A stretch of DNA of 28,069 nt from a virus (taxonomy: Duplodnaviria > Caudoviricetes). Where the stretch lies: positions 1-28,069 of the IMG/VR virus record IMGVR_UViG_3300024259_000128; one strand, 5' to 3'. Below the pieces are notes generated by a model. That model was not told the DNA's origin. It ran no database searches and saw only the letters and a list, made by a program, of their open reading frames with translations. This document shows, piece after piece, positions 15,671 to 24,973 of the stretch; position 1 is the first letter of the stretch, and every line of letters begins with the position of its first letter. A program made the translations under genes and the position numbers.

Positions 15671-16422
15671 ACCGTTGCCCCCCACTTGTTCGCGCAATAG
15701 CGTACTAAGTTTGTGTGCTGATAATTCTGGAGAGCGGAGAGCATCCCTATTTCACACATTTTTCCGTTAAAAAAAGAGCCTCCACCGTCCGCCTGGCACC
15801 CTATCGCGGCCACCCTGCCCGTTGTGTTGTTCGTATCGAGGGGGACGGACGCATCATAGTCCGATTGCGTCCCGTCCTTATACAGCCACCCCTTGTCGGT
15901 GTCGTCATGGCGGATGGTTAGAATAACCGTCGTGTCAACCGAAAACGCGGCGCCCGTTAGATAGGTGATCGCTCCGCCACCCATCTGGACCGCCCATGAA
16001 TGCGCCCCAGCATCCGTGTAAAGATTCCAACCGCTTGTTGCTGTCCAGGGGTACCGGATATCCGGGGTTGAAAAAAGATATTTATAACTGACGGCGCCGC
16101 TGACCTGAAAAACCGCGAAAAAAGTAAAGTTCTCGGGGCTCAGTGCCGGGACATTCGCGGCGGTCGCCAAAAATTGACTTGTCCCATCTAACGTCCAGAC
16201 TTTCCGGCCGTTAATTGTGTCCCCGTTTGTCGGCCTGTTCGCGTCTGTGCCTTGGCTAAAGACAATACCGGACCCGGCCTTGCACCTCGCCTCGCTCACA
16301 CCAGACCCTGTAATGGTATAAGATGTATCATCCGAAGCGTCAGCCCACCATATCGGCTTTGTTCCCCCCACCGTCATGGGGTGTGGACTGTCAACCACTT
16401 CTATGTTGGATGTCTTAAACAT
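15667..16422 (-). CDS. LamG / concanavalin A-like jelly-roll domain protein
   Basis: WWADASD..., Q.T.ANRPT, LDGT, FTFFAVF, LYKDG, IG...FFNG.MCEI and Y..NKWG pattern typical of phage LamG-like proteins. Confidence 0.8.
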   Translation of the reverse strand: MFKTSNIEVVDSPHPMTVGGTKPIWWADASDDTSYTITGSGVSEARCKAGSGIVFSQGTDANRPTNGDTINGRKVWTLDGTSQFLATAANVPALSPENFTFFAVFQVSGAVSYKYLFSTPDIRYPWTATSGWNLYTDAGAHSWAVQMGGGAITYLTGAAFSVDTTVILTIRHDDTDKGWLYKDGTQSDYDASVPLDTNNTTGRVAAIGCQADGGGSFFNGKMCEIGMLSALQNYQHTNLVRYCANKWGATV

Positions 16423-16424
16423 TT

Positions 16425-17225
16425 TTATGCCGCCGCCTTGACCGCGCCCGTGAGTATCCAGACGTTTGTTGATTCATGGTAAGCCGATACCCAGGCGTAT
16501 GTGCCATCAATGTCGACAGCCGCATCCCCAAGTGGACCACTAAAGGTCACACCCGCCCCCTTTGCGATCCCGACGGCGTTGGCTGTTGTTTTGTAGAACT
16601 TCACGACCGATCCGACGGGGATCGCCACGGTCGCATATGCTTGAATGGTCAAATCAAAGGCGTTGGTTACGCATTTAACAATTCCGTTCGCGTATGCCAA
16701 CAACACATTCCCGCTTGCCGAAACGCTCGTAGGCGCGATTGCCCCGCCGTCCGCCGCCGCCCATTTTGTGCCAGACGCTTCCGTTGAATCGGCTGTAAAA
16801 ACGTAGGTGTTTAGCCCGACCGCCAGACGGGTTACTGTGTTATCCGCCGTGCCCACAAATATATCGCCCTTGGCGTCAACGTCTGATTCCATGACCGCGC
16901 CGGCGGAATTTACGTTTGCGGCGTCCGTCACGTCCGCCCCGTCCTCAACGTTTATATCGCTCCGAAACTCGGCATAACTACGACCCTCGATAGTATCAGC
17001 GTCCGTAAAACGCGCAATGTCATTCGCCACAGGCGTTCCAGACGTGTCCACGGTCCCGGAACCACCGCCAGTTGGGAAAGCCGCTTTTCGGGGAGCGTTA
17101 GAATTTTCGGAATCGTTTATAAAAACCCAATCCCCTGATACCGGCGTACCCTTTTCAGTCAGAGCCGCAATTTCACCAGCCTGGTTTTTATGTAACGCAT
17201 CTTGGCTTTGATCTGATATTCCCAT
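16425..17225 (-). CDS. Fibre-like structural protein
   Basis: KGDIFVGTADNTVTRLAVG.N.YV.TADS.EASG.KW fibre-shaft motif, EDGADVTDA.NV motif and a small C-terminal beta domain ending WILTG. Confidence 0.7.
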   Translation of the reverse strand: MGISDQSQDALHKNQAGEIAALTEKGTPVSGDWVFINDSENSNAPRKAAFPTGGGSGTVDTSGTPVANDIARFTDADTIEGRSYAEFRSDINVEDGADVTDAANVNSAGAVMESDVDAKGDIFVGTADNTVTRLAVGLNTYVFTADSTEASGTKWAAADGGAIAPTSVSASGNVLLAYANGIVKCVTNAFDLTIQAYATVAIPVGSVVKFYKTTANAVGIAKGAGVTFSGPLGDAAVDIDGTYAWVSAYHESTNVWILTGAVKAAA

Positions 17226-17428
17226 TATTTCACCTGTTTCATTGGTTCACTCCGAGGCCGAACCTTAAAATCTTTATATGGTTCCTCATCGAAACAATCT
17301 GGGCATACCGCATACCCGCTTTGATCCTTGGAATAGCCCCGTCTCATTTCTGAAAAACGGTAAGGGAAACCGCAAATATCGCATAAATACTTACGGTCCC
17401 CCGGTATGTACCCGCCTGAATATGGCAT
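17225..17428 (-). CDS. Small zinc-binding protein
   Basis: CDICGF...VCPDCFD; TAATG-coupled on both sides. Confidence 0.75.
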   Translation of the reverse strand: MPYSGGYIPGDRKYLCDICGFPYRFSEMRRGYSKDQSGYAVCPDCFDEEPYKDFKVRPRSEPMKQVK

Positions 17429-18051
17429 TATCCCGCCTGTATCGCCCTAAGCGTCAACGTCCCGCTTGTAAATGCAGTGATTATCACCCGCATGGCCGTG
17501 CAAGGATAAGCGTAATTGCCATCCTGATCCGTGGTTTCGGCGGCCACATCCCCGTGTGTGAACACATTGACCGCAGAAATGTCCGCCACTTGCAAGTCCT
17601 CAAAGGTATGCTGAACGCTATAGGTCAGCGTCCCAGTCACGTCGCACCCAAAGCCCACATTAAAGGGTTTCACGTTTCGATCAAGGAGATACCAGTTCGA
17701 CACGGATTTTCCGTCAACGCCCACGATGATCGCCCCGGCTGTGGCCGCATCCACCGCAATTTGAGTCACGGTTTTAAAATACAACGCTCCAACTGTGGCC
17801 GCAATGTCCGCGCCAGATATGGCCTCCGATATAGCCGCGCCACGATAATCTGTGCCGGTTACGGTGAATGTTCTTCCCGCGTCATTCCCGGCGCAAGTTA
17901 CCGTGAGCAAATGCCCGTGGTTTAAGGTTGCAACCCCTCCCGAAGCCAGAACCCCTGTGATTGACAGGTTTCCGGCCCCGGCTGGAGTTTGAGACACGGA
18001 TATTCCATTATCGTCAGTCTGTGGCGTTAATGTGATTCTTTTTGGTCTCAT
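17428..18051 (-). CDS. Virion structural protein (beta-rich, Thr/Ala/Gly-rich)
   Basis: 207 aa; FTVTGTD..G..ISE.I.G and Y.VQHTFED...P.TA.R patterns seen in phage structural proteins; operon position. Confidence 0.65.
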   Translation of the reverse strand: MRPKRITLTPQTDDNGISVSQTPAGAGNLSITGVLASGGVATLNHGHLLTVTCAGNDAGRTFTVTGTDYRGAAISEAISGADIAATVGALYFKTVTQIAVDAATAGAIIVGVDGKSVSNWYLLDRNVKPFNVGFGCDVTGTLTYSVQHTFEDLQVADISAVNVFTHGDVAAETTDQDGNYAYPCTAMRVIITAFTSGTLTLRAIQAG

Positions 18052-18062
18052 TGCGTCATTCC

Positions 18063-18974
18063 TTAGTCGGTGTCAACCGCCGGTATTACCGCGCCATTTT
18101 TAGCCGCCTCTTCAACCACTCGGTTCTCGAAGAACGCCATTCCGGTTCCCGGCACCACATTACTGGCAATCGTTGTGTGCCGGCCATTAACATGGTTGAA
18201 AGAACAAACTCCGGTGGAATTTGTGACAAAATTCATTACCACGGTATCGGCTTTGGCATTTGAGAAAACGTTGTGATGAATATACGCTTGCAACGCTATG
18301 GCCTCATCAGAGATACAGCCGTCAGTGAACCCTATGGCATCCTGAACCATGCAATTCCGAATCTCAACCCGGCTACACGCGCCCTCAAGCACGATCCCGC
18401 CCACGACCTCAACGGTCACGTTGTAAATTCTGGCGCCGTCAATCAGGGCGTCATCGGCATTGGCCGTGAGGGTTATGATATCGACCTTGTTCTTTGAGGT
18501 TGTGGACCCATGGTGGAGCGTGTTCCTTACGGTACAACCGGCCGCGTCAATATTGATATCCGCAGTCTGCGCGTCCGTTCCGGGAACCGGGAATTCCACA
18601 TTCTCAATCAAAATATTGGCCGCCGACACATCAATCACGTCGATGGTCCCGTTCCCGGTCAAAGCCGGTCGAAGATTCTGTGTGCCAAGGCCAATAATTG
18701 AAATCCCCGCGACATCCGCATTGATCTGAGCGGTCAACGTCTCGGCGTGTCCCGGCATAAGCAAGATCACGTCGCCCTTGCTGGCCGTGCATTTCCCAAT
18801 GGCGAAGTCAAGAGTGGCAAAAGCCTTGTCAGGGGCCTTCCCTGAATTGCCATCACTCCCAACCCCGGAAGACACAAAAAAGACCGTCCCGGTCGTGGAC
18901 GGAATGCTCCCGCCGCCTAAAACTGGAATGCCATAACTGGCTACTCCATTCGGATATTGTGTTAAACCCATCAT
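18063..18974 (-). CDS. Right-handed beta-helix (pectin lyase-like) virion protein
   Basis: VFFVSS..GSDGNSG..PDKAFATL..AI......GDVILLMPG cap motif followed by beta-helix rungs (ILIENV, TVRN, IRNC, IHHN); AAGGAG RBS. Confidence 0.8.
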   Translation of the reverse strand: MMGLTQYPNGVASYGIPVLGGGSIPSTTGTVFFVSSGVGSDGNSGKAPDKAFATLDFAIGKCTASKGDVILLMPGHAETLTAQINADVAGISIIGLGTQNLRPALTGNGTIDVIDVSAANILIENVEFPVPGTDAQTADINIDAAGCTVRNTLHHGSTTSKNKVDIITLTANADDALIDGARIYNVTVEVVGGIVLEGACSRVEIRNCMVQDAIGFTDGCISDEAIALQAYIHHNVFSNAKADTVVMNFVTNSTGVCSFNHVNGRHTTIASNVVPGTGMAFFENRVVEEAAKNGAVIPAVDTD

Positions 18975-19040
18975 GTACTCCTTGTCAGGAACGCCCCATT
19001 AGGGCCGCCCAGGGGATTTCAACCCCCGCTTACCCATTTT

Positions 19041-19286
19041 TTATTTAATGGAAAATCCCCTAATCACGTAATCGTCAATCTGGTCAGGCAAGACATCCAC
19101 ATAGACTTCAAAACCACCGGCCCGGACATCCGCCGTTACTTCCTGCCGTTTTTTGTCCTTATACACATGAACGAAATCAAGGGGGCTTTCAACCCTACAG
19201 ATGGAGCCGTTACTGTATCTCCATTGGCAACTTTTCAAATTGATTGCGTGAATTCTTGGTTCAGTTTTCTTTTTTTCTTTTGGCAT
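19041..19286 (-). CDS. Hypothetical protein
   Basis: 81-aa ORF co-oriented with the operon and filling the gap. Confidence 0.55.
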   Translation of the reverse strand: MPKEKKKTEPRIHAINLKSCQWRYSNGSICRVESPLDFVHVYKDKKRQEVTADVRAGGFEVYVDVLPDQIDDYVIRGFSIK

Positions 19287-19342
19287 ATCAACCCCAAGCC
19301 CGGATCAGGGGCATAGCCCCATCACCGGCTGTCAAAGTTTTA

Positions 19343-19843
19343 CTATGTTGAGGCGATTACCGGCGCCTGAGAATCAACGCGGATTTGAACAATTACTTTC
19401 GCCCAGGCTCCCCATGCGTTGTCGGGCCTGTTTACCAGTCCCCGAATGGTCAAAGTGTCCTGTGCGCTTGCGTCTCCGTCAAGCTCTTGTTTCGACTGCA
19501 AGGTGGTAGTGTCCCCGGTCGTCACGGTCTGGTCATAAAAATTCCCAATTACCGTGTCGTCGGTCAAGGTCGCATCATCCACCTGGACCTCAAAAAAAGT
19601 ATTCAGGAGATCATCATAAACCTGAATCACATTCCCGGCCGTGGCATCGCCGTAACTCGCGGCAACGCCCATGGGGTTATCAGCGGCCGCCGTGACCGCC
19701 AGTATTCGCCCGGAACCGTCTTTTTTTACCACGTCGCCGGGATAGATGGCCGCCGCTGTGCTTTTATATTCGGTCAGTTGGGGCGGCCCTCCATGTCGGG
19801 TCGAGTGGAACCGAAACCCAAAAGGTCTGTCTGCATTTGCCAT
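19343..19843 (-). CDS. Capsid decoration / cement-like protein
   Basis: MANADRPFGFR...IYPGDVV...V.DD....FEVQ.D pattern; adjacent to the capsid gene; AAGGAG RBS. Confidence 0.7.
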   Translation of the reverse strand: MANADRPFGFRFHSTRHGGPPQLTEYKSTAAAIYPGDVVKKDGSGRILAVTAAADNPMGVAASYGDATAGNVIQVYDDLLNTFFEVQVDDATLTDDTVIGNFYDQTVTTGDTTTLQSKQELDGDASAQDTLTIRGLVNRPDNAWGAWAKVIVQIRVDSQAPVIAST

Positions 19844-19861
19844 GATATTTTTCTCCTTTCC

Positions 19862-20764
19862 TTATCCGCCCATCGATCCGAAGAAACCCCAAGGCACCGT
19901 CCAGCCATAGGCATACCGACCGCGCACCTTGAACTTTGCATCGTCCGTGTCAAAGTCATTACCCTGGTAATGCTCGGGCTTGATTCTCCAGTACCATTTC
20001 ACCATATGGCCTTCGCAAAGGATAAACCAGGCGTCAGGGTCTGTGAGGTAGGACCACTCGACGAACTTGATTTTACTGTCGGACACGGGATTGATGGCGT
20101 TGTTCCCCGAATCGGGATCAAGGCTTGACCCAAACAGCTTTTTCCGCGTGAAATCCAGTTCGTTGGGATAAACCAGGGCCGCCGGTTTCAGGTCCAACAG
20201 AATACCGCGATCATCCGTGGTGTCTTTCAGGTCAATCAGGGCCTGTTCCCAACTGGTGGCCGACAAATCCGCCGCAGTGGTAAGCCGGTTTTTCTGTGTC
20301 CCACCAGTCATAAGCGTGTGGTCTGTGGCCAGCAGGGTTTTACCGTCGGAGCCCGTGTAACCGGACGTTTCGGCCCGATTCAGGACATTCGCCCCATCCG
20401 TCTCAACCGTGGCCCTCCAAGACCTTCCCAGCGCGGCGGGCATCTGTTGAATGATCCCGTAAAGCTCATCCTCGTAGAGTTCTTTTTCCACTCGGTAGCC
20501 CATGCTCATGGTCTTTGCGGTGTACCTCTTGTCGAGCCCCTGGTAAATATCGTCGTAGCTGACTGCCGATCCTTTGTCCTTTTCGGGAATCAACCCCATG
20601 CCCGTCACGTAGCTGTCATCCACATAGGCTCGCTTTCCCATGTTCTGTACGTTGAAGACCGACTCCATGATCGGAGGTTTTTCCCCAAAGGCCAAAGCAT
20701 CGATGAAAATTTTGTTGAAAATCGGATTTATTAAATCCGCAAAATTTGCCGAAGATGCTGTCAT
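19862..20764 (-). CDS. Major capsid protein (HK97 fold)
   Basis: E.YED.LY, LN.A...G.DG..L....H, YLTDPDAWF, DFDT...KFK.R.RY.YGW..PWG.FGS.G; AGGAG RBS. Confidence 0.9.
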   Translation of the reverse strand: MTASSANFADLINPIFNKIFIDALAFGEKPPIMESVFNVQNMGKRAYVDDSYVTGMGLIPEKDKGSAVSYDDIYQGLDKRYTAKTMSMGYRVEKELYEDELYGIIQQMPAALGRSWRATVETDGANVLNRAETSGYTGSDGKTLLATDHTLMTGGTQKNRLTTAADLSATSWEQALIDLKDTTDDRGILLDLKPAALVYPNELDFTRKKLFGSSLDPDSGNNAINPVSDSKIKFVEWSYLTDPDAWFILCEGHMVKWYWRIKPEHYQGNDFDTDDAKFKVRGRYAYGWTVPWGFFGSMGG

Positions 20765-20775
20765 TTGTCTTTCTC

Positions 20776-21534
20776 CTATCTATTCGTGATTTTCACTTCC
20801 AACTGCGGGTCAATACCCTGCGCCTTCAACGCGGCATTTTTTCCCGCCAGTAATTCCATTGCACTTTTTGAGCGGCTATCCGTTTTGTGTTCAAAAAACT
20901 TTCGCCGGGCTTGCGCCATTTCGTCTGGCGTTTCGATCAAAATCAGTTCCCTTCTTCTCACGCGGGTATCCATCTCGCCCGATTCTCCTGGAATATTGGT
21001 CTTAAACAGGCCGCCATAGTGCCTCTTGTCGGCGACCGTCCACCCCTGCATAAGCTTTGTCTCAAGCTTTTCCGCAGTGGTGAACCGGCATCTAAACCCG
21101 GGCCGATAATTCTGCAACCTAAGCAGGTCAAGCGACCACGGGTTATCCTCCGCATTCCAGGGCTTTGTTGCTTCGCGCTGTTGTATGGGCCGGTCCTCAG
21201 CCGGTTCTTCCGGGCTGATTCCAACCTCAACAGCGATATCGTTAACAGGGTCCGGCTCTCGTGCTTGCGCCGGTTCCGCTGTGGTTGTCTCGGTAACAGA
21301 GGCTTCATCCGCCCCTTGATTCAAAAACTCTTCCTGTTTGGCTTTCTGCTCTGCTTTCATCTTCCGGTCATACTTCCACCGGTGTTTATTCAGTGTGCTT
21401 AGCGCCACGCCCAAGCTTGTGGCAATCTCGGGCCATGTTTTCCCCGGCCTCAAAGCGTAAACCTTCTCCCAATTCACATCGGCCAATGGGCTTGTGCGGC
21501 CCAGTCCCGCTTTCTTTGCTTTTTTCTCAGACAT
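20776..21534 (-). CDS. Head-region protein with an N-terminal HTH, acidic linker and conserved C-terminal domain
   Basis: TWPEIATSLGVALSTLNKH is HTH-like; C-terminal PGF..R......GW...LIL.E.P.E...AR..F motif resembles genes that precede podophage capsid genes. Confidence 0.65.
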   Translation of the reverse strand: MSEKKAKKAGLGRTSPLADVNWEKVYALRPGKTWPEIATSLGVALSTLNKHRWKYDRKMKAEQKAKQEEFLNQGADEASVTETTTAEPAQAREPDPVNDIAVEVGISPEEPAEDRPIQQREATKPWNAEDNPWSLDLLRLQNYRPGFRCRFTTAEKLETKLMQGWTVADKRHYGGLFKTNIPGESGEMDTRVRRRELILIETPDEMAQARRKFFEHKTDSRSKSAMELLAGKNAALKAQGIDPQLEVKITNR

Positions 21535-22328
21535 TATGCCCTCCTTCGCGCTTCAATTAACGCCACCTGTGCGGCATAATCTTTGTGTGACATCCCAAAC
21601 TGATCCGCCGTTTTTTTCTGGACATCCGTCAGCTCAACCGTTTGAGTCACCGGACCGCCACTTGGGGCCGCCACTTGCGCTTGTTGAATCTGCGCTTTTC
21701 TTGCGGCCTCTCGTTTCTGGCTTGCCTCCGTCCCGTATTTATACGCCTCAACAAACGGGTTCTTGGCTCTCATGATACTCTGCTGTAAAACGGGGTTCTG
21801 ATCCATATCTTTTTTTACCACATCAACCACATCCAGATAATCGGGGAAGGCATCCATCACAGCCTGTTCCATTATTTGCAGTCGACCATCAATGGCCGGT
21901 TTCCCACTCGACGCCGGGGTTTTAGAGGTTAAAGGCTCCACAGCCGGGGCAGTTTGGAAATTCATGTCCGCCTTTACTTTGTCCACCATCCATGCGTCAT
22001 AAGCGTCAGGATCTTCAAGCGGGTCAGGACGGGAATTTTCAAGAGTCTTCTTTGTCAAACCCTGCACCGACTCATTTAAGGCGGCTTGGTGGGCTCTCAT
22101 TTCCTCGATAATCTGGTCCCGCTCTGAAATTTGCTTGTTGTGGACATCCGCCTGTCGCTCCAGGTGCTTCATTTTCCCATACACCTGGTTCCAGCGCGGC
22201 GATTCCTCGGGCGGTTCATGCTGGCTGGGGGCTTCCTTCACCACCTTGGCTGGGGCTTCGGCTCCTGGTTGTTCGCTGGGGGCCGACTCCCCTATGTTCT
22301 GTGATTCTTCTATATTCTGGACTTCCAT
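21534..22328 (-). CDS. Capsid scaffolding protein
   Basis: Acidic disordered N-terminus, coiled coil, and C-terminal LT..QK..A..FGMS..DY; lies between portal and capsid genes. Confidence 0.75.
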   Translation of the reverse strand: MEVQNIEESQNIGESAPSEQPGAEAPAKVVKEAPSQHEPPEESPRWNQVYGKMKHLERQADVHNKQISERDQIIEEMRAHQAALNESVQGLTKKTLENSRPDPLEDPDAYDAWMVDKVKADMNFQTAPAVEPLTSKTPASSGKPAIDGRLQIMEQAVMDAFPDYLDVVDVVKKDMDQNPVLQQSIMRAKNPFVEAYKYGTEASQKREAARKAQIQQAQVAAPSGGPVTQTVELTDVQKKTADQFGMSHKDYAAQVALIEARRRA

Positions 22329-22362
22329 ATTTCCTCCGCGCCTGTTGGCGGTTGCACAACCT

Positions 22363-22656
22363 TTATGAGTTGCGTATCAGGGCGATAATATCCCCGCAGT
22401 TTAAAATGAAAAGATTTTCGTATTCCCTCAAGTCGTCATGCTGGCTCACGTCCAAAGTAACAGGGCTGAACGTCCCGAACAAAACATCGTCTCCGGGTTT
22501 ATAGTCAAGGACCGTCTCTCCCACAGCAACAACGGTTCCGCGCAAGCTCGTTTTTTTCGCCGCGTTTGGCAAGATAATCCGGCCCACCTTGTCACTCGTT
22601 GTCTTCTCAATAATTGCCCGGTCGCCCCGTGGCTGAATTCTAAATTCTTTACCCAT
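22363..22656 (-). CDS. groES: Co-chaperonin GroES (Cpn10)-like protein
   Basis: IQPRGDRAII, GRIILP, GTVVAVG, KPGDDVLFG and DIIA match the Cpn10 pattern. Confidence 0.88.
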   Translation of the reverse strand: MGKEFRIQPRGDRAIIEKTTSDKVGRIILPNAAKKTSLRGTVVAVGETVLDYKPGDDVLFGTFSPVTLDVSQHDDLREYENLFILNCGDIIALIRNS

Positions 22657-22867
22657 CCAGTTCCTCCTTCATGCGTCGCGGTATGTCTAAAACTTCTTCA
22701 AGTTTTACCATCGCGGCGTTAAATATTGCGGCGTCTGTCACGCCGGATTGCGATTCAAGGCAATTGTGGACCTGTGCATCCGCATCGTCTCGATGCAATT
22801 TCACTTGGTCAAAAAATGCCAACGTAATAGAGCTTTCTTCCCATTCACGGATTTCTTCTTTTGTCAT
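22649..22867 (-). CDS. Small hypothetical protein downstream of portal
   Basis: 72 aa, EE..EW....IT..FF pattern, overlap-coupled on both sides. Confidence 0.7.
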   Translation of the reverse strand: MTKEEIREWEESSITLAFFDQVKLHRDDADAQVHNCLESQSGVTDAAIFNAAMVKLEEVLDIPRRMKEELDG

Positions 22868-24825
22868 TAAGCGGTCCCCTCTGGCGCCATGACCCCTTGC
22901 GACATACCCTGTTCCATCATCTCGGGGCCTGGGGCCTGTAGCTGTGGCGCGGCCATCTGTTGCGCTTGCTCGTCGATATACGCGACCTCTCGGGTTTTCT
23001 TTATATGTTGTTCCAATAGTTCTTTGTCTTTTTTAGACATTTCCCCATAAAATTCAGCCGTCTTAAACTCTTCATGAACCGCTATATGCTCCGCGTGATT
23101 CTCCCCATTCTTCGGGTCCACATAATCGCCTTGCAAAAACATCGCGTTTTCCATTCCGGGCGGAATAGACGGTTCCGGGGCCTCCGGTAAAATCTCATGC
23201 TTATTTCGGACCTTGTATGTTTCCAACAAACTCGCCGCCAAGGCTGTCATTGCCGGGATATTCGGCTTAATCCCGGCTTCGGGGTTCCCCACAACCAGCG
23301 GGTTTTGCATCATGACCTGGTAAACCTCCATAGCCTCTTGCCGACGGACATACATGGAGGAAAAAGACGGGTCCGCTGTGGTGGTGACATCGTAAACAGA
23401 TTCAAACTGATCCCGTTTTACATCCGGAAAAGCGATCTTATTGACATCTGAAACAATTCGGTACTCTTTCTTGTCCGGCAAGAAAAGCCGGTTCATGGCC
23501 GCGATTATTTCAAGCTCTTTTTTCAACGAACGATAAATCCGCTTGGTCATCACGGAAAACGTCACAAGGCCCTGCTCAATGATGGCCTCGGTCCCGCCCT
23601 TTGTCGGGGTTTTTGTCCCCCGGTTCTCACGCCCCATGATATAGTCCGACGTAGAAGTGAATTGCTGGGAATAATCCGTGATATAATTCAGGACCATGAA
23701 CAATGTCTGATCCACACGTTGCATCGTGGGGAACATTACCCCTTGAGTGTTCTGGACCTCATAGGCCCCACCTGGGGAAAGCTGAATTTTCTTTGATTTA
23801 ATCCCGGCCTTGCGCTCATAAAACATAAAAGGCCTATTTGTGAGCGATCCAGAATCGAAAATCTGGTTAAAACTGGTGTTGGCCATCTCGTTAAGCTGTT
23901 CCAGAAAATGACCGAATCCGAAGCTATAAAATCCTTCCGGGTTTGGGATAAAGTGATAATCGACAAAATGGTTGAGCGTATATTTGCCATTATTGAACTC
24001 ACGTGAAGCAATCCGCAAAATGGCGCCCGAATCATAATCAACCGTGATGGTATAGGCTTTCTTCCCATCACCAATATCAATCCGCTTGTGGCATTCAAGG
24101 ATCAAGTGCGGATTCTGCGTATCTGACGCGGCCGACTCCCCCGTTACCTTATCGCCCGTCTCGGCCAAGGATTCATCTTTTTTGGTTGCGCCCTGCTGTT
24201 CGATTTGATCAAAATTTTCATACATTCCGGCGGCGCTTCGGTCTTCAAGCTCCGAATAGTGAAGCCATAACCGGTGAACCACCCGAGTATGGAGCAAGGC
24301 GTCTTCAAGGGTCCGCGTCCTGTAAGGCAAAACCAGGTCGAGGGGGTTAATAAACGCTGTTTTGGGGCAATCGCGCTCCCCGTCATAGGATATCTTCTTA
24401 AAAGCAATGCCATTAATAGGCAAAAGCTGGAGCATTCGGTCAAAAACGTCTTCGTACTCTCGCATTTCAAATCGGAGTTGCCAATTCATGAACTTTTCGA
24501 TGTTTTTGGCGGCCCGCTCGTCCTCTGATCCAAAAGGAATAGCCTTTACGAGGTCGGGAGCGGAAAAGATAGACTGATATGCTCGTGAATGGAACTGAGT
24601 ACTGGCGATTGCCAACATTGGGACGTTTACATTTGATCGATTTGTGCCATTGGGCCAAGTTTTCTTGTCTCTCTCCCCGACCCACAGCTTGTACCACTTG
24701 TTTCTTTTGTCTTCCCACTCTTTCCGGGAATTCAAATCAACGCCATAGTCCGCAATGACCTGCTCGGAAATCTCTTTTTGTTTTTCCTCGGGAAGAGTCG
24801 AAACTAAGTTAACCGCTTTTTGCAT
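22867..24825 (-). CDS. Portal protein (podovirus type)
   Basis: 652 aa; D..SR.EW, P.L..A..QF..RAY, A......MNWQL, G.AFKK, GFY.FG..H.L and NQ..D.G.L.N motifs; position after terL. Confidence 0.9.
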   Translation of the reverse strand: MQKAVNLVSTLPEEKQKEISEQVIADYGVDLNSRKEWEDKRNKWYKLWVGERDKKTWPNGTNRSNVNVPMLAIASTQFHSRAYQSIFSAPDLVKAIPFGSEDERAAKNIEKFMNWQLRFEMREYEDVFDRMLQLLPINGIAFKKISYDGERDCPKTAFINPLDLVLPYRTRTLEDALLHTRVVHRLWLHYSELEDRSAAGMYENFDQIEQQGATKKDESLAETGDKVTGESAASDTQNPHLILECHKRIDIGDGKKAYTITVDYDSGAILRIASREFNNGKYTLNHFVDYHFIPNPEGFYSFGFGHFLEQLNEMANTSFNQIFDSGSLTNRPFMFYERKAGIKSKKIQLSPGGAYEVQNTQGVMFPTMQRVDQTLFMVLNYITDYSQQFTSTSDYIMGRENRGTKTPTKGGTEAIIEQGLVTFSVMTKRIYRSLKKELEIIAAMNRLFLPDKKEYRIVSDVNKIAFPDVKRDQFESVYDVTTTADPSFSSMYVRRQEAMEVYQVMMQNPLVVGNPEAGIKPNIPAMTALAASLLETYKVRNKHEILPEAPEPSIPPGMENAMFLQGDYVDPKNGENHAEHIAVHEEFKTAEFYGEMSKKDKELLEQHIKKTREVAYIDEQAQQMAAPQLQAPGPEMMEQGMSQGVMAPEGTA

Positions 24826-24835
24826 TTTTCCCCAT

Positions 24836-24874
24836 AAAAAAAGGGCAATACGAACGACGCGCCGTATTGCCCTT
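24836..24874 (-). terminator. Intrinsic terminator immediately upstream of the portal start
   Basis: 12-bp perfect stem AAGGGCAATACG (24841-24852) / CGTATTGCCCTT (24863-24874), 10-nt loop, running into a 7-T tract on the minus strand. Confidence 0.75.
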
Positions 24875-24924
24875 ACGAAACTTTATAGGAGCTACCCACA
24901 AAGATTGATTGTTGATTCTATATA

Positions 24925-24954
24925 GCCTTTATATTATGTAAAACCACTTGTCAA
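24925..24954 (-). promoter_or_regulatory. Possible sigma70-type promoter for the late operon
   Basis: Minus-strand TTGACA at 24954-24949 followed by AT-rich CATAATATAAA; TATAAA lies at a 15-nt spacing, which is suboptimal. Confidence 0.35.
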
Positions 24955-24973
24955 TAACAAAGTTACATTTTTG

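Noticed and set aside
19297-19330. Terminator after the capsid and decoration genes
   Set aside because: The GGGGC/GCCCC stem with an interrupted extension lacks a U-tract; it may be a stabilising hairpin but cannot be supported as a terminator.
19385-20128. Long + strand ORFs in the late region (also 17278-17925, 20887-21402, 5403-5888)
   Set aside because: They are antisense shadows of well-supported minus-strand genes and carry no motifs.
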